DNA of 64,000 bases from an uncultured cyanobacterium (lineage in GTDB: Bacteria > Cyanobacteriota > Cyanobacteriia > Pseudanabaenales > Pseudanabaenaceae): NCBI GenBank assembly GCA_963703315.1, contig OY969811.1, positions 768,001 through 832,000 on the forward strand, written 5' to 3'. The position numbers were made by a program, and so were the translations under genes. Shown here one piece after another: positions 1 to 9,935 of the stretch; the stretch's first letter is position 1, and each line of letters opens with the position of its first letter. A model generated the notes under the pieces. The model was given only the letters and a program-made list of their open reading frames with translations, was not told where the DNA came from and searched no databases.

Positions 1-100
1 AGAAAGAATCTAGAATTAGTCCAGGGAAACAACTAATCCAGATCAAGCCCAGACAGACTAGTTGTACCCCTAACAACAGTATCAATAGAAAACGATTCAT
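1..100 (-). CDS. Partial ORF (5' end), probable exported or membrane protein
   Basis: Manual translation from ATG at 100: MNRFLLILLLGVQLVCLGLIWISCFPGLILDSF..., open to the window edge. Hydrophobic N-terminus; starts 6 bp downstream of the permease stop. Confidence 0.5.
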   Translation of the reverse strand, partial: MNRFLLILLLGVQLVCLGLIWISCFPGLILDSF

Positions 101-106
101 TTCATT

Positions 107-889
107 TTAGTTTGTATGTGTCCAAGTACGATGAATTAAGCGTAAACCAACATCAAATAGATAACCGATCGCCCCGATAATTAAAATGGCTGCCATCAGT
201 TCCGAATAGGCAAGGCGATCGCGAGTATCCAAAATGAAATAACCTAAACCAGCGCTTACGCCTAACATTTCCGCAGGCACAAGTACAATCCAGATCAAGC
301 CGATCGCTAAGCGTAGCCCTGTTAATAAATGTCCGACAATTGCAGGAATAATAATCCTGATCACTGTTTCCCAACGCGAGGCACAGAGGCTTTGGGCTAG
401 AAGCAACCAACGTTTATCAACGGAATGAACTCCCGCCATTGTATTTAATAAAATTGGCCAAACCGCCGCGATCGTTAATAGAAAATAAACGGGTAGATCG
501 CCAATTCCCAACACCATCACCGCGAGGGGCATCCACGACAAAGGTGAAATCATCCGAATGAATTGGAAAATTGCCGAAGTCATCTGTTCGAGAACTTTGG
601 ACAATCCCAAAATTAAACCCAGAGGAACGCCAATAGCGATCGCCGCAAATAACCCTACAAATACTCTTCTAAGACTAGTAATAATATGGGGAAAAATCGT
701 TCCTGTTTGGAATATCTGTACCAATGCCCCAAAACTCCGTTCTGGAGAAAAGTCAATCACAATCGGATCGCGATGCCAAAGGGGCGTTGTGAAGATCCAC
801 CAAATCCCTAAGCCCACAATCATCCCCCAGAAAGGCAATGGTAAAGCGATCGCCATTTTAGCGCGTGGTACTTTCAAAGCTTGAGTCAT
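107..889 (-). CDS. ABC transporter permease (NrtB/SsuC/TauC type)
   Basis: Multiple TM segments, ISPLSWMPLA and LVPAEMLG-GLGYFI motifs; in an operon with the binding protein and ATPase. Confidence 0.9.
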   Translation of the reverse strand: MTQALKVPRAKMAIALPLPFWGMIVGLGIWWIFTTPLWHRDPIVIDFSPERSFGALVQIFQTGTIFPHIITSLRRVFVGLFAAIAIGVPLGLILGLSKVLEQMTSAIFQFIRMISPLSWMPLAVMVLGIGDLPVYFLLTIAAVWPILLNTMAGVHSVDKRWLLLAQSLCASRWETVIRIIIPAIVGHLLTGLRLAIGLIWIVLVPAEMLGVSAGLGYFILDTRDRLAYSELMAAILIIGAIGYLFDVGLRLIHRTWTHTN

Positions 890-1018
890 AGCTAATTGTT
901 AATTCCTATTTTCTAAAATTACAGCGATTCGCTCTAAATGCAAAATTTGAAAGCGCGGCGAAGCAGCGCTTTCATGTAGATAGGCGGCGCTTTGCGCCGC
1001 CTATCTATTAATCTTTTT

Positions 1019-2296
1019 CTAAATCGAGATAATTTCTGTGCGAGTTAAACTTTCTGGCAAGCCAAAAGCCGATGCACCACCGACAAGGGGTAAAGCACGA
1101 CGTACAAACTCATCATTGACTAAATCCTTCGCCACATCATCGGGCTGCAAAGACTGTAAGAAACTGCTATCACCTTCCACTTGAGTTTCTTTGAGAGCGC
1201 GAACTAATTCGGCTGTATAGGAAGGAAAAGGATAGGGTTGGAAGTCAATGCGATTACTTTTCCAATCGGGATGTTGAATTGCTTTTTGCTTGCCATAGAA
1301 TTCGCCATCATAGTTGGAAAGCGCTCTTTCCAATACTGGCAAAGGATGGGGCGTATATTTGCCGACACCATCTTTGGAAAGGATTTGGGCGATTTCGGGA
1401 CGATTGCTTCGCATCCAATGCTGCGCTTTGACCAAAGAGTTGACCACGCCCTGCGACCATTCTTTACGCTGAGTCAAATCATCCTCATGCATCAGTACTA
1501 CACAGCAAGCATGATCCTTCCACACATCCCCCGTAAAGCGAAGAATCTTGCCTGTTTTTAAATTCTCTGCTGCCGCATTAAAGGGTTCCGCAACGATGTA
1601 GCCACTAATCGATTTATTGGCAAGCGCCGAAACCATATCGGAAGGAGGCAAGACCAATAGATTCAACTCATCATTGGCGATCGCCTCTTCCCTCGGTTTT
1701 CGCACAATTTTTAAGCCTGATTTGCGTGCTACCTGCTGTAACACCACATTATGCACAGAATACCAGAAGGGAATTGCAACGGATTTCCCACCCAAATCCT
1801 GCGGCGTATCAATTTCTGGCAATACCGTTAGAGCCGAACCGTTAGTATGATTCCAAGCAACCACCTTTGCAGGAAACTTCCGTCCATAACGGATAGAAAT
1901 TGTAGTAGGCATTAACAAATGGACAACGTTCACCTGCTTAGCCAGAAAAGCTTCCACAATTTGCGCCCATGAGCGAAATAGTCGGGGTTGCTCCACAGTT
2001 AGTCCCTCAGCTTCGTAAAGTTTACGCGCATGGGCAACTAACAAAGGGGAAGCATCGGTAATTGGAAGATAGCCAATTTTGACAGGTTGATCGTTAGAGA
2101 TCGTCGGTTTGGCTGTAGTTTGGGTTGTTGCGCCAATGGTACTTTTGGGAGCCTCTTGCTGACAACCACTGGCGAGAACTGTAGCTGCTAAAGAAGAGGA
2201 GAATAAACCCAGAAAGTTACGCCGCGATATACCACAGCAAGGGCAGTTACTTGTCCATTTATGCATTTTAGGATTCTCTAAAGTTTGGTTATACAA
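1019..2296 (-). CDS. ABC transporter substrate-binding lipoprotein (NrtA/CmpA/SsuA-like), Tat signal
   Basis: SRRNFL twin-arginine motif, LASGC lipobox, VKIGYLPITDASPL and HACCV motifs. Confidence 0.88.
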   Translation of the reverse strand: MYNQTLENPKMHKWTSNCPCCGISRRNFLGLFSSSLAATVLASGCQQEAPKSTIGATTQTTAKPTISNDQPVKIGYLPITDASPLLVAHARKLYEAEGLTVEQPRLFRSWAQIVEAFLAKQVNVVHLLMPTTISIRYGRKFPAKVVAWNHTNGSALTVLPEIDTPQDLGGKSVAIPFWYSVHNVVLQQVARKSGLKIVRKPREEAIANDELNLLVLPPSDMVSALANKSISGYIVAEPFNAAAENLKTGKILRFTGDVWKDHACCVVLMHEDDLTQRKEWSQGVVNSLVKAQHWMRSNRPEIAQILSKDGVGKYTPHPLPVLERALSNYDGEFYGKQKAIQHPDWKSNRIDFQPYPFPSYTAELVRALKETQVEGDSSFLQSLQPDDVAKDLVNDEFVRRALPLVGGASAFGLPESLTRTEIISI

Positions 2297-2325
2297 ATTT
2301 TTCAGGCTAGCTTTGCTGGAGGCGA

Positions 2326-3099
2326 CTAATCCTGATCAATCACAACTGATAATTCTTGCAGAATATCTAATCGTATATCCACTAGTTCGTGAATATGTTG
2401 AAATCGCGGTTTCGGAGCGTCAATTTTCCATTCGCGATGAATCCGTCCGGGATTCTTGTTCATCAGCAATACCCGATCGCCTAGTAAGAGAGCTTCATCA
2501 ATGTCATGAGTCACTAATAGTGCCGTACTGTGATGGGTAGAAATAGCAGCTAGCAAAAGTTTCTGCATTTCTACGCGGGTGATCGCATCAAGGGCGCTGA
2601 ATGGTTCATCTAGGAGCAATAACTGGGGATGACGCGCCAAAGCTCGCGCCAAAGACACCCGTTGCGCCATCCCTCCCGAAAGTTGATTAGGATAGGCCTC
2701 CTCAAAGCCCTGTAACTGCACACTGGCGATCGCCTCATAGATATGGGATTTTAATTCTGCGGGCGATCGCTGCTTTAATGCTTTTAACTTTAGTCCAAAT
2801 TCGATATTCTGCTTTACGTTCAGCCAAGGCAAGAGCGCCGCATCCTGAAAAATAACACTGATTTTGGGATCGGGTGCGCTCAGGCGATCGCCTAACAAAT
2901 ACACCTCACCTTGAGTAGCCGCCTGTAAACCTGCGATCGTCATTAATAACGAAGATTTACCACAGCCACTTGCCCCCAATAAACAGATCACTTCACCCGC
3001 ATAGATTTGCAAATTGATCTCGGCAAAAGCCTTTAACCAACCGCGTTTAGTGCGATATTCCTTATGTAAATTTTGAACACTGAGTATAGGATTATTCAT
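2326..3099 (-). CDS. ABC transporter ATP-binding protein (NrtD/SsuB/TauB type)
   Basis: Walker A GASGCGKS, signature LSGGMAQR, Walker B LLLLDEPF. Confidence 0.92.
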   Translation of the reverse strand: MNNPILSVQNLHKEYRTKRGWLKAFAEINLQIYAGEVICLLGASGCGKSSLLMTIAGLQAATQGEVYLLGDRLSAPDPKISVIFQDAALLPWLNVKQNIEFGLKLKALKQRSPAELKSHIYEAIASVQLQGFEEAYPNQLSGGMAQRVSLARALARHPQLLLLDEPFSALDAITRVEMQKLLLAAISTHHSTALLVTHDIDEALLLGDRVLLMNKNPGRIHREWKIDAPKPRFQHIHELVDIRLDILQELSVVIDQD

Positions 3100-3197
3100 T
3101 TGTTAAGTGATCGCCCCCGACTTCTAGAACACCAAGTATCTAACTAGCATTGCTATATAGTAAAGCGCTAAACGTCACATATCGCTAGCTAAGGATG

Positions 3198-4490
3198 TAG
3201 GGCAACCGCACACGTTTCTTAACAAACTAGCGAACATTTCTTAACGAGGAAAAAAGGGAGAAACGGGAGAATTGAGGATATTTAGAAAGATAAGTCCAAA
3301 ATGCTAGCAACAGTCAGTCCCGTCGGATTAATCGAAACCCACTTTGGGAACTTGCAAGATCCCAGAGCAGCACACAGTATCCTGCATAAGCTACTCGACA
3401 TATTGATAATCACGATTTGTGCAGTGATCTGTGGAGCCGATAACTTCGTAGCAATCGCCGAATATGGCAAAGAGAAAGAAGAATGGTTAAAGACATTTTT
3501 GGAATTAGCAAACGGCATACCGTCAGTAGATACATTCGAGAGATTATTTGCGAGACTGAAGCCAGAAGCATTGCAAAAAAGCTTTATTAGCTGGATGGAA
3601 GCAGTCCATGAATCCACCGACGGAGAATTGATAAACATAGATGGCAAAACCCTGAGAGGAGCAAAGGAAGCAGGAAATTCGCGTAGTCTGATTCATATGG
3701 TGAGTGTGTGGTCAGCATCACAACATTTGGTATTGGGACAGCAAAAAGTGGACGAGAAATCCAATGAAATAACAGCGATTCCATCATTGCTAAAAATGTT
3801 AGCGATACGAGGTTGTGTGGTGAGCATAGATGCAATGGGATGTCAGACCGAAATCGCGAAAACAATCATCGAAGAGGGAGCAGATTATGTGTTAGCACTG
3901 AAAGGCAATCAAGGTAATCTCCATAAAGATGTGCGTGAACTATTTACCTCTGCACGAGAACAGAACTTCAAAAATATTGAACATCAGTTCTATGAAACGG
4001 TTGAGAAAGGACATGGGCGCATTGAAACTCGTCGCTATTGGACAATGGGTAATACCGAATACTTAATCGGTGCAGAGAAATGGATAGGTTTGAAAAGTAT
4101 TGGTATGGTTGAATCAGAGCGCATTATAAATGGAATTATTTCTACTGAGCAGCGATACTATCTGCTTAGTCTTGAGAGTGATGTCCACAGATTTTCCCAA
4201 TCTGTCAGAAATCACTGGAGTATTGAAAATCAACTACATTGGATTCTTGATGTTGGTTTTGGTGAAGATGCTTCGCAATCCTGCCGAGGCTATATTGCCG
4301 AAAACTTGGCTGTTATACGTCATATCAGTTTAAATTTGTTGTCAAGAGATAAAAACAGTAAGGTCGGTGTCAAGACAAAACGTCTTAAAGCTGGCTGGAA
4401 CAACAACTATCTTAAGGATATCCTGAGTACCTTAAACATAGTCGCTGTCTAAATCTCGTTAATTGTTAAGAAACGTGTGCGGTTGCCCTA
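3198..4490 (+). mobile_element. Complete ISAs1-family insertion sequence (1293 bp)
   Basis: Perfect 28-bp terminal IRs (TAGGGCAACCGCACACGTTTCTTAACAA; 3198-3225 and 4463-4490) and a 10-bp direct repeat GCTAAGGATG (3188-3197, 4491-4500). Confidence 0.95.
3301..4452 (+). CDS. ISAs1-family (H-repeat) DDE transposase
   Basis: INIDGKTLRG, KSNEITAIP, SIDAMGCQ, LALKGNQ, HGRIETR and RNHWSIENQLHWILD motifs. Confidence 0.95.
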   Translation: MLATVSPVGLIETHFGNLQDPRAAHSILHKLLDILIITICAVICGADNFVAIAEYGKEKEEWLKTFLELANGIPSVDTFERLFARLKPEALQKSFISWMEAVHESTDGELINIDGKTLRGAKEAGNSRSLIHMVSVWSASQHLVLGQQKVDEKSNEITAIPSLLKMLAIRGCVVSIDAMGCQTEIAKTIIEEGADYVLALKGNQGNLHKDVRELFTSAREQNFKNIEHQFYETVEKGHGRIETRRYWTMGNTEYLIGAEKWIGLKSIGMVESERIINGIISTEQRYYLLSLESDVHRFSQSVRNHWSIENQLHWILDVGFGEDASQSCRGYIAENLAVIRHISLNLLSRDKNSKVGVKTKRLKAGWNNNYLKDILSTLNIVAV

Positions 4491-4604
4491 GCTAAGGATG
4501 ACGTTCGCTTTTGCAAGTCTAAGCAATGGGATACTATTAGAGATTAAGCAATTGTTTAATTGCTATTATCTAAAATTTAAGTATATTTACTCAGGCATAA
4601 GTGC

Positions 4605-7229
4605 GTGCAAGCATTAGACCCACAAGAATTATATCCCTTTCAACTTGACCCGTTTCAACTACAGGCGATCGCCGCCTTGCAAGCAGGTAAGTCGGTCGTT
4701 GTTTGTGCGCCAACAGGTTCAGGCAAAACCCTCATCGGTGAATATGCCATTCATGCCGCCTTAGCAGGCGATCGCCGTGTATTTTACACCACCCCACTCA
4801 AGGCATTATCCAATCAAAAGTTACGCGATTTTCGGCAACAGTTTGGCGATGATAATGTGGGGTTACTGACGGGTGATACCTCGGTCAATCGGGATGCGCC
4901 AATTTTGGTGATGACTACGGAAATCTTTCGGAATATGCTCTATGGTACGCCGATCGGTGAGGTGGGGACATCGCTCACGGGCGTGGAGGTGGTAGTCCTC
5001 GATGAATGTCACTACATGAACGATCGCCAACGGGGTACAGTCTGGGAAGAATCGATCGTCTACTGTCCTGCGGAAGTGCAACTAGTGGCGCTCTCAGCAA
5101 CCGTAGCTAATAGCCAACAACTCACCGACTGGATTCACAAAGTACATGGTGATACAGAGTTAATCTATTCTGATTTTCGTCCCGTTCCACTACAACATTC
5201 TTTCTGTAATAGCAAAGGCTTTTTCCCTCTATTAGATAGTTCTCTTCAGAAAATTAATCCGCGCCTGAAACCACTTACTAATAAACCACCAACTAAAGAA
5301 GAAAGACATAAAATCGTCCCCAATATCGGAGCCGTCATATCTCATCTACGCCAGAGGGATATGCTCCCTGCGATTTATTTCATCTTCAGCCGTCGTGGTT
5401 GCGATAAATCGGTTACGGATTTAGGTAATGTTTCCCTAGTTAATGCCGAAGAGTCCCTGCGTCTCAAACCCCAAATTGATGCCTTCATCGCTGCAAATCC
5501 TGAGATTGGAAAGCCTTTGCATATTGACGCTCTTTATCGAGGAATTGCGGCGCACCATGCAGGAATTTTACCCGCATGGAAGGGCTTTGTCGAAGAGCTA
5601 TTTCAGCAAGGTTTAATCAAAGTTGTCTTTGCGACCGAAACTCTGGCGGCAGGAATTAATATGCCAGCTAGAACCACCGTGATTTCCAGCATTTCCAAGC
5701 GCACCGATCGCGGACATCGGTTGCTCAATGCTTCGGAGTTTCTGCAAATGGCAGGACGGGCGGGGCGACGTGGTATGGATGAAGTTGGCTATGTCGTCAC
5801 GGTGCAAACTCCCTTTGAAGGCGCAAAGGAAGCAGCCCATCTTGCTACTTCTAGTGCCGATCCCTTAGTTAGCCAATTTGCACCGAGCTATGGCATGGTG
5901 ATGAACTTGCTGCAAACTCACTCTCTCGAACAGGCTAGAGACCTAGTGGAACGGAGCTTTGGGCAGTATCTCGCCGATCTTAATCTTGCGCCCCAAATCC
6001 AGAACCTTGAGTCAGTCATCGAACAAATCGCTAAGTTAGAGAAAGATCTCGCCTCTGTCGATTTAAAGCAATTGGAAGTTTATGATAAGTTGCGCGATCG
6101 CCTCCGTGAAGAACGACGACTGCTGAAAATGTTAGCTCAGCAATCGGAAGAGATGCGCTTAAATGACTTAGCCTCCTACGCGCCCTATCTGCTATCAGGT
6201 TCACCGCTTACAATTCGCACCAATAAAGGGCTGATTGTGCATACCGTTCTCGCCGCTAAAGTGCAAGGCTCTGGACAATTTCCTTGGTTTGTTTGCCTCG
6301 GACATAACAACCGTTGGTATGTGGTGGGATACAAAGATATTGTGCTAGTCGGTAGTGATTTATTACTGGATGGTGATATCGAATATCCTGCGAAGTTGTC
6401 ACTCAAGCCTGGGCAATCGATTGATGGTGATGAGATCAGCTTGGCGATCGCCCAAAAAATTACACCCTTACCTGATCCTGAGCTTGCGCCTGAAGTGATT
6501 AAACAACAGGCAAGAGTCTTGGCGATCGAAGCCGAAATGGATCGCCATCCTGTTTCTAAAATGAGCGATCGCGGTGCTGTTTTCAAAAAAGTCAATCGTC
6601 TCGAACAGTTGCAGCGTCAGATCGAGTTTCAGCAAAAAGTAGTCAATGAGCGCCGCCAAAGACATTGGCAAGAGTTTATGAGCCTCGTCAATATCCTCCA
6701 GTTCTATGGATGTCTGGAAGATACACAACCCACAGATAAAGGTAAAGTCGTCGCAGCGCTGCGAGGTGAAAATGAATTGTGGTTAGCCCTATGCCTAATG
6801 TCAGGGGAATTAGACAATCTCGCACCGCATCATCTGGCGACAGTCTGCGCGGCGATCGTGAGTGAAAATAGCCGTCCTGACAACTGGATCAAGTTTGGAT
6901 TGTCACCAACTGTTGAAGATGCCCTTGATGGTTTACGCGAGATTCGCCGTCAAATGATGCCCGTCCAACGCCGTTATTTAGTAGATATTCCTGCTTGGCT
7001 AGACTATGAACTGACAGGACTTGTGGAACAATGGGCGCTAGGTATGGAATGGTTTGAGCTATGTCAAAATACTAATCTTGATGAAGGTGATATTGTGCGT
7101 CTGATGCGGCGCACCATTGATTTGTTGTACCAAATCCCCCATGTCCCTAATTTGCCATCGCCGCTTTATCAAGCTGCTAAGCAAGCTGCTCAACTGATCG
7201 ATCGCTTCCCCGTTAATGAAGTAATTTGA
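4605..7229 (+). CDS. Ski2/HelY-like DEAD/DEAH-box RNA helicase
   Basis: APTGSGKT, TPLKALSNQK, DECH, LSAT, TETLAAGINMPA and QMAGRAGRRG motifs; DSHCT-like C-terminus (DEGDIVR). Confidence 0.92.
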   Translation: MQALDPQELYPFQLDPFQLQAIAALQAGKSVVVCAPTGSGKTLIGEYAIHAALAGDRRVFYTTPLKALSNQKLRDFRQQFGDDNVGLLTGDTSVNRDAPILVMTTEIFRNMLYGTPIGEVGTSLTGVEVVVLDECHYMNDRQRGTVWEESIVYCPAEVQLVALSATVANSQQLTDWIHKVHGDTELIYSDFRPVPLQHSFCNSKGFFPLLDSSLQKINPRLKPLTNKPPTKEERHKIVPNIGAVISHLRQRDMLPAIYFIFSRRGCDKSVTDLGNVSLVNAEESLRLKPQIDAFIAANPEIGKPLHIDALYRGIAAHHAGILPAWKGFVEELFQQGLIKVVFATETLAAGINMPARTTVISSISKRTDRGHRLLNASEFLQMAGRAGRRGMDEVGYVVTVQTPFEGAKEAAHLATSSADPLVSQFAPSYGMVMNLLQTHSLEQARDLVERSFGQYLADLNLAPQIQNLESVIEQIAKLEKDLASVDLKQLEVYDKLRDRLREERRLLKMLAQQSEEMRLNDLASYAPYLLSGSPLTIRTNKGLIVHTVLAAKVQGSGQFPWFVCLGHNNRWYVVGYKDIVLVGSDLLLDGDIEYPAKLSLKPGQSIDGDEISLAIAQKITPLPDPELAPEVIKQQARVLAIEAEMDRHPVSKMSDRGAVFKKVNRLEQLQRQIEFQQKVVNERRQRHWQEFMSLVNILQFYGCLEDTQPTDKGKVVAALRGENELWLALCLMSGELDNLAPHHLATVCAAIVSENSRPDNWIKFGLSPTVEDALDGLREIRRQMMPVQRRYLVDIPAWLDYELTGLVEQWALGMEWFELCQNTNLDEGDIVRLMRRTIDLLYQIPHVPNLPSPLYQAAKQAAQLIDRFPVNEVI

Positions 7230-7235
7230 TAACTC

Positions 7236-8432
7236 ATGTTACGCAGCACCTCTCCCAAAAATCAGCAAACTAGCAATATGAAGAACGTCGTAGAACCCAA
7301 AAGATCAAACAAATTTTTAATTCCTGCGATCGCACTGGCTCTGGCAGCATTAGGCGTAAGTGTTTGGTTGGTGATTAGTCGCAGTAGTAACCCTGCTCAG
7401 CCACCTGCAACCAGCACCACTAGTAAAGAACAAGCAAAATCTACCATTAGTGCGTTAGGTCGTCTCGAACCACAGGGAGAAGTCGTCAAGGTCGCATCAC
7501 CCTCAGCATTAGGGACATCACGCATTATCAAGCTCATGGTCAAAGAAGGCGATATCGTCAAACAAGGTCAACCGATCGCCATTCTCGATAGCTACGATCG
7601 CTCGGTGGCAACCTTACTCCAAGCCCAAAGCCAAGCCCAAGAGAGTGAGCGCAATCTTGCCAAAGTCCGCGCAGGGGCAAAGGGCGGTGATATTGCGGCA
7701 CAAGAGGGCAATGTACTGGCGGCGGCGGCTAACATTAAATCTCTAGAAGCTAATGCTGCAAGAATTCGGACTGAATTAGAGATCGCAGGTCGAGACTATA
7801 ATCGGTTTCTGCAAGTTTTTAAAGAAGGCGCGATCTCCCAAACCGTTCTCGATAGCTATCGCCTCAAGGTTGAGACTTTGCAAGGTCAATTTGTCCAAGC
7901 ACAGCAACAAATTGAACAAGCTCAATTCCAGTTACGTCAATCGCAAGGCTTGCTCAGCAGTGTCAGGGAAGTGCGTCCAACCGATGTCCAATTTGCCGAA
8001 GCACAACTCCAAACCGCGATCGTCAATGTCAAAAGTGCTGAGGTCAATCTTGATCTAGCCCAAGTGCGTGCGCCTATTGATGGACAAGTTCTCAAAGTTA
8101 ATTCTAAGACTGGTGAAGTTGTCAGTCAGACCAATGGCGTGATTGACCTCGGCAATACTAGCCAAATGTATGTAGTTGCCGAAATCTATGAAACTGATAT
8201 CGGTAAAGTCAAGGTTGGTCAAAAAGCCACCATTGAGAGCGAAGCTTTTGAAGGCTTAATTACGGGCAAAGTGGACAGCATTGGTTTAAAGATTGCCAAA
8301 AATGATGTATTGGGAACTGATCCTGCGGCAAAAACCGATGTACGGATTATCGAAGTTAAAATCAAGTTGGATGACAGTCAAAAAGTTTCAGGGCTTACCA
8401 ATTTACAAGTCAGGGTCAAGGTTGAGATTTAA
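7236..8432 (+). CDS. devB: DevB-family (HlyD) ABC exporter membrane fusion protein
   Basis: N-terminal TM, ALGRLEPQGEV, coiled coil, VRAPIDGQVL, VAEIYETDI and LTNLQVRV. Confidence 0.85.
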   Translation: MLRSTSPKNQQTSNMKNVVEPKRSNKFLIPAIALALAALGVSVWLVISRSSNPAQPPATSTTSKEQAKSTISALGRLEPQGEVVKVASPSALGTSRIIKLMVKEGDIVKQGQPIAILDSYDRSVATLLQAQSQAQESERNLAKVRAGAKGGDIAAQEGNVLAAAANIKSLEANAARIRTELEIAGRDYNRFLQVFKEGAISQTVLDSYRLKVETLQGQFVQAQQQIEQAQFQLRQSQGLLSSVREVRPTDVQFAEAQLQTAIVNVKSAEVNLDLAQVRAPIDGQVLKVNSKTGEVVSQTNGVIDLGNTSQMYVVAEIYETDIGKVKVGQKATIESEAFEGLITGKVDSIGLKIAKNDVLGTDPAAKTDVRIIEVKIKLDDSQKVSGLTNLQVRVKVEI

Positions 8433-8435
8433 TAT

Positions 8436-9821
8436 ATGATTCTTGCTGTACCTCTCGCTTGGCTCCAACTTACCTACGAAAAGAGCCGTCTTCTGGTGGC
8501 GATCGCAGGGATTACCTTTGCGGTGGTCTTAATGTTTTTGCAACTGGGTTTTCGGGATGCTCTATTTACGAGTGCGATCCGATTGCAGAGCAATCTCGTT
8601 GGTGACTTGGTGATCATTAGTCCACAATCCACCAACTTAGTGGGGATGCGGAACTTCTCCCAGCGTCGCCTTTATCAAGCCCTTGGCATGAAGGAAGTGG
8701 AATCAGTTAACCCAGTGTATATCGGACTGGGAGCATGGAAAATTAAAGAAGATCCTGCGGGACAAACTCGCAATATTTTGATTATCGGTGCAAATCCTGA
8801 TGCTAAGGTCTTTAAGATGGCAGGGGCTGAGCCGAATATTGATCGTGTCAAAACTGAAGATGTAGTTCTATTTGACCGAGCATCCCGTGCTGAATTTGGT
8901 CCAATTGTCGGTGAATGTGGAACTCTAGCCTTAAAAGCCAAGTTCACCGATGATGCTTTTGCTTGCAATAATCTTGTCAGTCGTGAAGTTGCTAACCGCA
9001 AGCTGACCATTGGTGGTCTGTTTGAGCTTGGGGCATCCTTTGCAGCAGATGGAGCATTGATTACCAGCGACACGAACTTCTTACGGATTTTTGATAGTCG
9101 GCGATCGGGATTGATTAATGTTGGGTTGATTAACTTACGTCCCGATGCTTCTCCTTACGAAGCAATGCGAAACTTTATTCTCAGTCAACCTAGTGACACT
9201 GTAGTTCTACCCCGTGAGAAGCTCCAACCCGATGGCAAACGAGTGAGAGCGCTATTTCAAGAACGTATTGGTGCAGATGGTAAAATTACTCGCGAAGAAG
9301 ATCAAACCAAAGTAATTATCTCTAAGTCAGATTTAACGGTTGAGGATCTTCAACACTCTCAAGATGCGGCGATCGAGGATACGCGCATTTTGACGATGCA
9401 AGGATATATCGATTTTGAAAAAGGCTATTGGCAAAAGAGTACCGCGATCGGCTTTATTTTTAGTTTGGGAACCGTCATGGGCTTTATTGTCGGCATCGTG
9501 ATTGTCTATCAGATTCTTTACACCGATGTATCCGATCACCTTGCTGAATATGCCACCCTCAAGGCGATGGGTTATGGTAACTTGTACCTTGCTCAAATCG
9601 TGATTCAAGAAGCCTTTGTTCTCTCCATTCTCGGATTTATCCCCGGATTAGGCATCTCTTTTGGACTTTACAATCTGACTAAAAGCGCCACCTTATTACC
9701 GCTATATATTTGGGATAAAGCTATACCTGTAATGATCTTGACCATGATTATGTGCGTGATTTCAGGAGCGATTTCGCTACGCAAGGTTCAATCTGCCGAT
9801 CCTGCTGAAATCTTTGGATAA
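8436..9821 (+). CDS. devC: DevC-family ABC exporter permease
   Basis: VPLAWLQL start, YQILYTDVSDHLAEYATLKAMGY, ADPAEIF C-terminus. Confidence 0.88.
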   Translation: MILAVPLAWLQLTYEKSRLLVAIAGITFAVVLMFLQLGFRDALFTSAIRLQSNLVGDLVIISPQSTNLVGMRNFSQRRLYQALGMKEVESVNPVYIGLGAWKIKEDPAGQTRNILIIGANPDAKVFKMAGAEPNIDRVKTEDVVLFDRASRAEFGPIVGECGTLALKAKFTDDAFACNNLVSREVANRKLTIGGLFELGASFAADGALITSDTNFLRIFDSRRSGLINVGLINLRPDASPYEAMRNFILSQPSDTVVLPREKLQPDGKRVRALFQERIGADGKITREEDQTKVIISKSDLTVEDLQHSQDAAIEDTRILTMQGYIDFEKGYWQKSTAIGFIFSLGTVMGFIVGIVIVYQILYTDVSDHLAEYATLKAMGYGNLYLAQIVIQEAFVLSILGFIPGLGISFGLYNLTKSATLLPLYIWDKAIPVMILTMIMCVISGAISLRKVQSADPAEIFG

Positions 9822-9935
9822 ATTTTGGGCGATATGTGCGCTCACCGCACGCGCAGCGTGCGGTGTAGGACTTAGATATATTTGAACAAGAGGCTTAAGC
9901 CCCTTGCCTGTAACCTAAATCAAAGGAAATGCAAT

